Part shown: positions 55,032 to 64,000 of the stretch, in pieces
Layout of the letters: each line of letters starts with the position of its first letter
Position numbering within the stretch: the stretch's first letter is position 1
Source: the human T2T-CHM13v2.0 reference genome, Homo sapiens
NCBI RefSeq assembly: GCF_009914755.1
Contig: NC_060927.1
Strand: one strand, 5' to 3'
Length of the DNA stretch: 64,000 bases
The notes under the pieces: model-generated
The model's input: only the letters and a program-made list of their open reading frames with translations
Told to the model about the DNA's origin: nothing
Databases searched by the model: none
Program-made: the position numbers and the translations under genes

Positions 55032-55415
55032 AAGAGCAGGCAGGTCTTTTACTATTCCCAGCTTCTTACTCCATTGACAGAGAGGGCCAGGCATCTAAAC
55101 GTTGCCCTTACACAATGAAAAGCACATACATTGGCAGAACCCTGTTGATGAAAAATGTAAGCATTACATAAACAGAGAAGAAGAACACAACTTTTGCTTA
55201 TTCTCTTTTGAAAACTAAATTTCTATCAAAACTCTGAAAATGTACAGATAGAATATATATAAATATGTGTATATGAATATATGTGTATATACATATATAT
55301 GCACTCAAGCTAAAATGACATAGTCTTTATTTTAAATCCTGCTGGACTTTAGTCTAAAAATTCATAATAGTATTTGATTTTTAAATACAATGAAGTAAAA
55401 ATCAACCAGATCTAA

Positions 55416-55825
<410 letters not shown>

Positions 55826-55836
55826 TAAATTAACTT

Positions 55837-56257
55837 TGGATATAGTTTGGATATCTGTACCCTCCAAATCTCATGTTGAAATGTGACCCCCAGTATTCAT
55901 GGGGCCTGGCTGGGAGGTGTTTGAGTCATGGGGGCAGATCTCTCATGTATGGCTTGGTGCCCTCCTCATGGTAATGAGTGAGTTCTTGCTCTATTTGTTT
56001 GCAAGAGAAGTGATTGTTTAAAAGAGCCTGGCTCCTCCTCCACCTGTTTCCCTTGCTTCCTCTCTTGCCATGTGACACATCTGTGCTCCCTTTGTCATCT
56101 GCCATGGTAGAAGCTACAAGAAGCCTCACCAAAAGCTGACCAGATACTAGTGTCATGCTTGTGTGACCTGCAGAATAGTGAGCCAAATAAACATCTTTTC
56201 CTTATAAATTTTCCAGTCTCAGGTATTCCTTTAGAGCAGTGCAAAATGGACTAACAA
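55837..56257 (+). mobile_element. MSTB-type solo LTR
   Basis: tggatatagtttggatatctgtaccctccaaatctcatgttgaaatgtg...gcaaaatggactaac. Confidence 0.85.
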
Positions 56258-56561
56258 CCTTAATAAAGCATTAAAAAAGTGCCAAAATGTATTACAATTG
56301 CTCTGTTACTTAAAAGCTTATGTTATACTCTCAATTATATGATTAAACACATTTTAAGAAAAACAATTTATTATTTAATTGATAGGAACTATCAATCATA
56401 CATTTTGTGGTAATATTCAAATATTAAACATTTACAGTCTCATGGTGGCTAACAGAAAATCTTTTGAAATTATGTAACTTAAGATCTGTACAGAATTATA
56501 TTAGAGAGACACCCTAGATCTTCTAGTTGTATAGTCTAATGTCCTTTAGAAAGGAAACAGT

Positions 56562-57196
56562 TATAGATGTGTGGTGTTATTTCTGAGGCCTCTGTTCTGT
56601 TCCATTGGTCTATATACCTGTTTTGGTACCAGTATCAAAGAGTTACTGTTTTGGTACAGTAACTCTTTTGGTTACTGTAGCCTTGTAGTATAGTTTGAAG
56701 TCAGGTAGCACGATGCCTCCAGTTTTGTTCTTTTTGCTTAGGATGGTGGTGGCTATGCAGCACTATTTACAATAGCAAAGACTTGGAACCAACCCAAATG
56801 TCCATCAATGACAGACTGTATTAAGAAAATGTGGCACTTATACACCATGGAATACTATGCAGCCACAAAAAAGGATGAGTTCATGTTCTTTGCAGGGACA
56901 TGGATGAAGCTGGAAACCATAATTCTAAGCAAACTACCACAAGGACAGAAAACCAAACACTGCATGTTCTCACTCATAGGTGGGAATTGAACAATGACAA
57001 CACTTGGACACAGGGTGGAGAACATCACACACTGGGGCCTGTTGGGGGGTGGGGGGCAGGGAGAGGGATAGCATTAGGAGAAATACCTAATGTAAATGAC
57101 AAGTTGATGGGTGCAGCAAACCAACATGGCACATGTATACCTATGTGCACGTTGTGCACATGTACCCTAGAACTTAAAGTAAAATAAAAAAAAAAA
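56562..57196 (+). mobile_element. L1PA6/7-like insertion with 5' inversion (56562-56757 antisense, 56758-57196 sense)
   Basis: Orientation switch at ggctatgc|agcactatttac; TSD gaaacagttata/gaaactgttata; polyA. Confidence 0.9.
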
Positions 57197-57930
57197 GAAA
57201 CTGTTATATTTAAACAAGACCTTTCCTCCAAAATACTATTAAATTTAAAAAATGAGTAATAATTAATGTTATCACAGTAAAATAAAAATGTATATATTTA
57301 TATAACATTTGCTCATTACACATGATTTTTCTAATATGTTCATTTCTTCAAACTATGGTTACAAATACATCATCATTAGGAATACAAATGTATTCATGTG
57401 TGTAAGAGTAGTATTATATTTATAGATAAAATAGACAAGATATTTTTGAACTCATAAATACAATCATATATAAATTTTAAAAAATTGGAATCCAATAATT
57501 CATTATTCAAAAATTGATCTAATTATTACAGTATTTGGTGAGATAGTGTACACTAACAAAATTTAACTAAAATTTTGGGTTTAAAAATTAATTTTATCTT
57601 GTAAATTTCAAGTAGTATGTTAAGACATCCTGTCTACTTTCAAAACATGTTTGCTTACATAAATATTAAAGATATGCTTCTAAATAAACTCATATTGTAG
57701 CCCAGTGGTTATACAGTTTTCTGTCTTGGTGATTATAAATAAGAGACCTAGGCTATCTTTGATTCTTTAGTTGGAATTTAGCCCAAAGGCAAAAGGTAGA
57801 TTGAATAGCCTCTTTTTGTTCTTTTCTTTGGCACCGGTGGTTCATCAAAATCCAATCTGTGAAGATGCAAGATATTCAGAATTCTCTTATTCTGTCTACT
57901 ACTCTCATGATATAGGTACTAAGAGAAGAA

Positions 57931-58056
57931 CATGGGTAAATGGTGTGACACTGAGGTTTGGGATATGAATAATCCCATCATGTAGGGTGTGAGCGTAATA
58001 TCCATGTAACAAACTCGCACATGTACTCTCTGAACCTAAAATACAATTTGAGATTT
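57931..58056 (+). mobile_element. Tiny L1PA15/16-like 3' end with 5' inversion
   Basis: 57931-57980 is antisense L1 3' UTR; 57998-58045 is sense (ccatgtaacaaactcgcacatgtactctctgaacctaaaata). Confidence 0.7.
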
Positions 58057-58220
58057 AAAAAGAAGAAGAAGAAGGAGGAGGAGGAAGAGGAGGAGGAGAA
58101 GGAGGAGGAGGAGGAGAAGGAGGAGGAAGGAGAAGGAGAAGGAGAAGAAGGAGAAGAGAGGGAAGGGAGAGGGAGAGGGAGAGGGAGAAGAAGGAGAAGG
58201 AGAAGGAGAAGGAGAAGGGA
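58057..58220. repeat. Pure polypurine tract, (GAA)/(GAG)/(GGAGAA)/(GGGAGA)n
   Basis: About 160 nt containing only A and G. Confidence 0.97.
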
Positions 58221-58611
58221 CCAAAGAACTATAACAGGATTGGGGTGGGAGTTTTTATCTCTTCTTTCGTGACCTTCAATCACAAATGTGTCCAAAATAT
58301 ATGTATTTAAATGTAGATATGTTTCCGAAAGTTCTCTGAACACATCAGAGGGCTCTTTTTTAGAGAGAGAAGGTCTGTGGGGCTCTAAGACCAGTGAAAG
58401 AGCAACACGGAAAGGACTAGAGAAGTAGAGTTATCCTATATCCCCTTTGGGAGTGGGGCTGAATTACCTTGACATGACATATCATGACATTTTATAGAAA
58501 CTTTGCCTTTCAGCTATGAGGGAGCTGATAAAAAGGTTTAATAACCTCTCCTTGCTCACTTCATAACACTGACAATTAGTTCTCTTGTAAAATTAACTAA
58601 TGTTTTGTCTT

Positions 58612-64000
<5,389 letters not shown>

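Noticed and set aside
58021-58272. K/E/RG/R-rich ORF and its antisense S/P/L/F-rich ORFs
   Set aside because: Translation of the polypurine simple repeat.

Overview
AT-rich primate (human-like) genomic DNA, intergenic or deep intronic, dominated by interspersed repeats: about 12 Alu/FLAM, many L1 fragments (L1PA, L1MA, L1MB, L1MC, L1ME), MaLR LTRs (THE1A/C/D, MST, MLT1), ERV1/ERVL LTRs, MIR, L2, a probable CR1 relic, a hAT MITE and microsatellites. No intact protein-coding gene, RNA gene or CRISPR array is supported. The ORF track is explained by repeats (L1 ORF2, HERV-L gag, THE1-int, Alu) or by chance. I found no convincing new biological system. The most notable structures are: (1) an ancient LTR41-type-flanked ERV-L provirus (23160-30935) containing a nested Alu stub and a younger MLT2A1/HERV-L, cut by a multi-kb deletion; (2) a full-length THE1A with a perfect TSD inside a MIR; (3) a 162-bp dispersed duplicate starting at a CAG|GTAAGT donor; (4) a candidate 42-nt frame-preserving minus-strand exon with distant-branch-point architecture; (5) several fold-back/palindromic neo-sequences and two 5'-inverted L1s; (6) DUX4-type motifs in MLT2A1 and THE1D LTRs. 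Repeat subfamily names come from my recollection of consensus sequences and need RepeatMasker/Dfam confirmation. Boundaries of old repeats are approximate.
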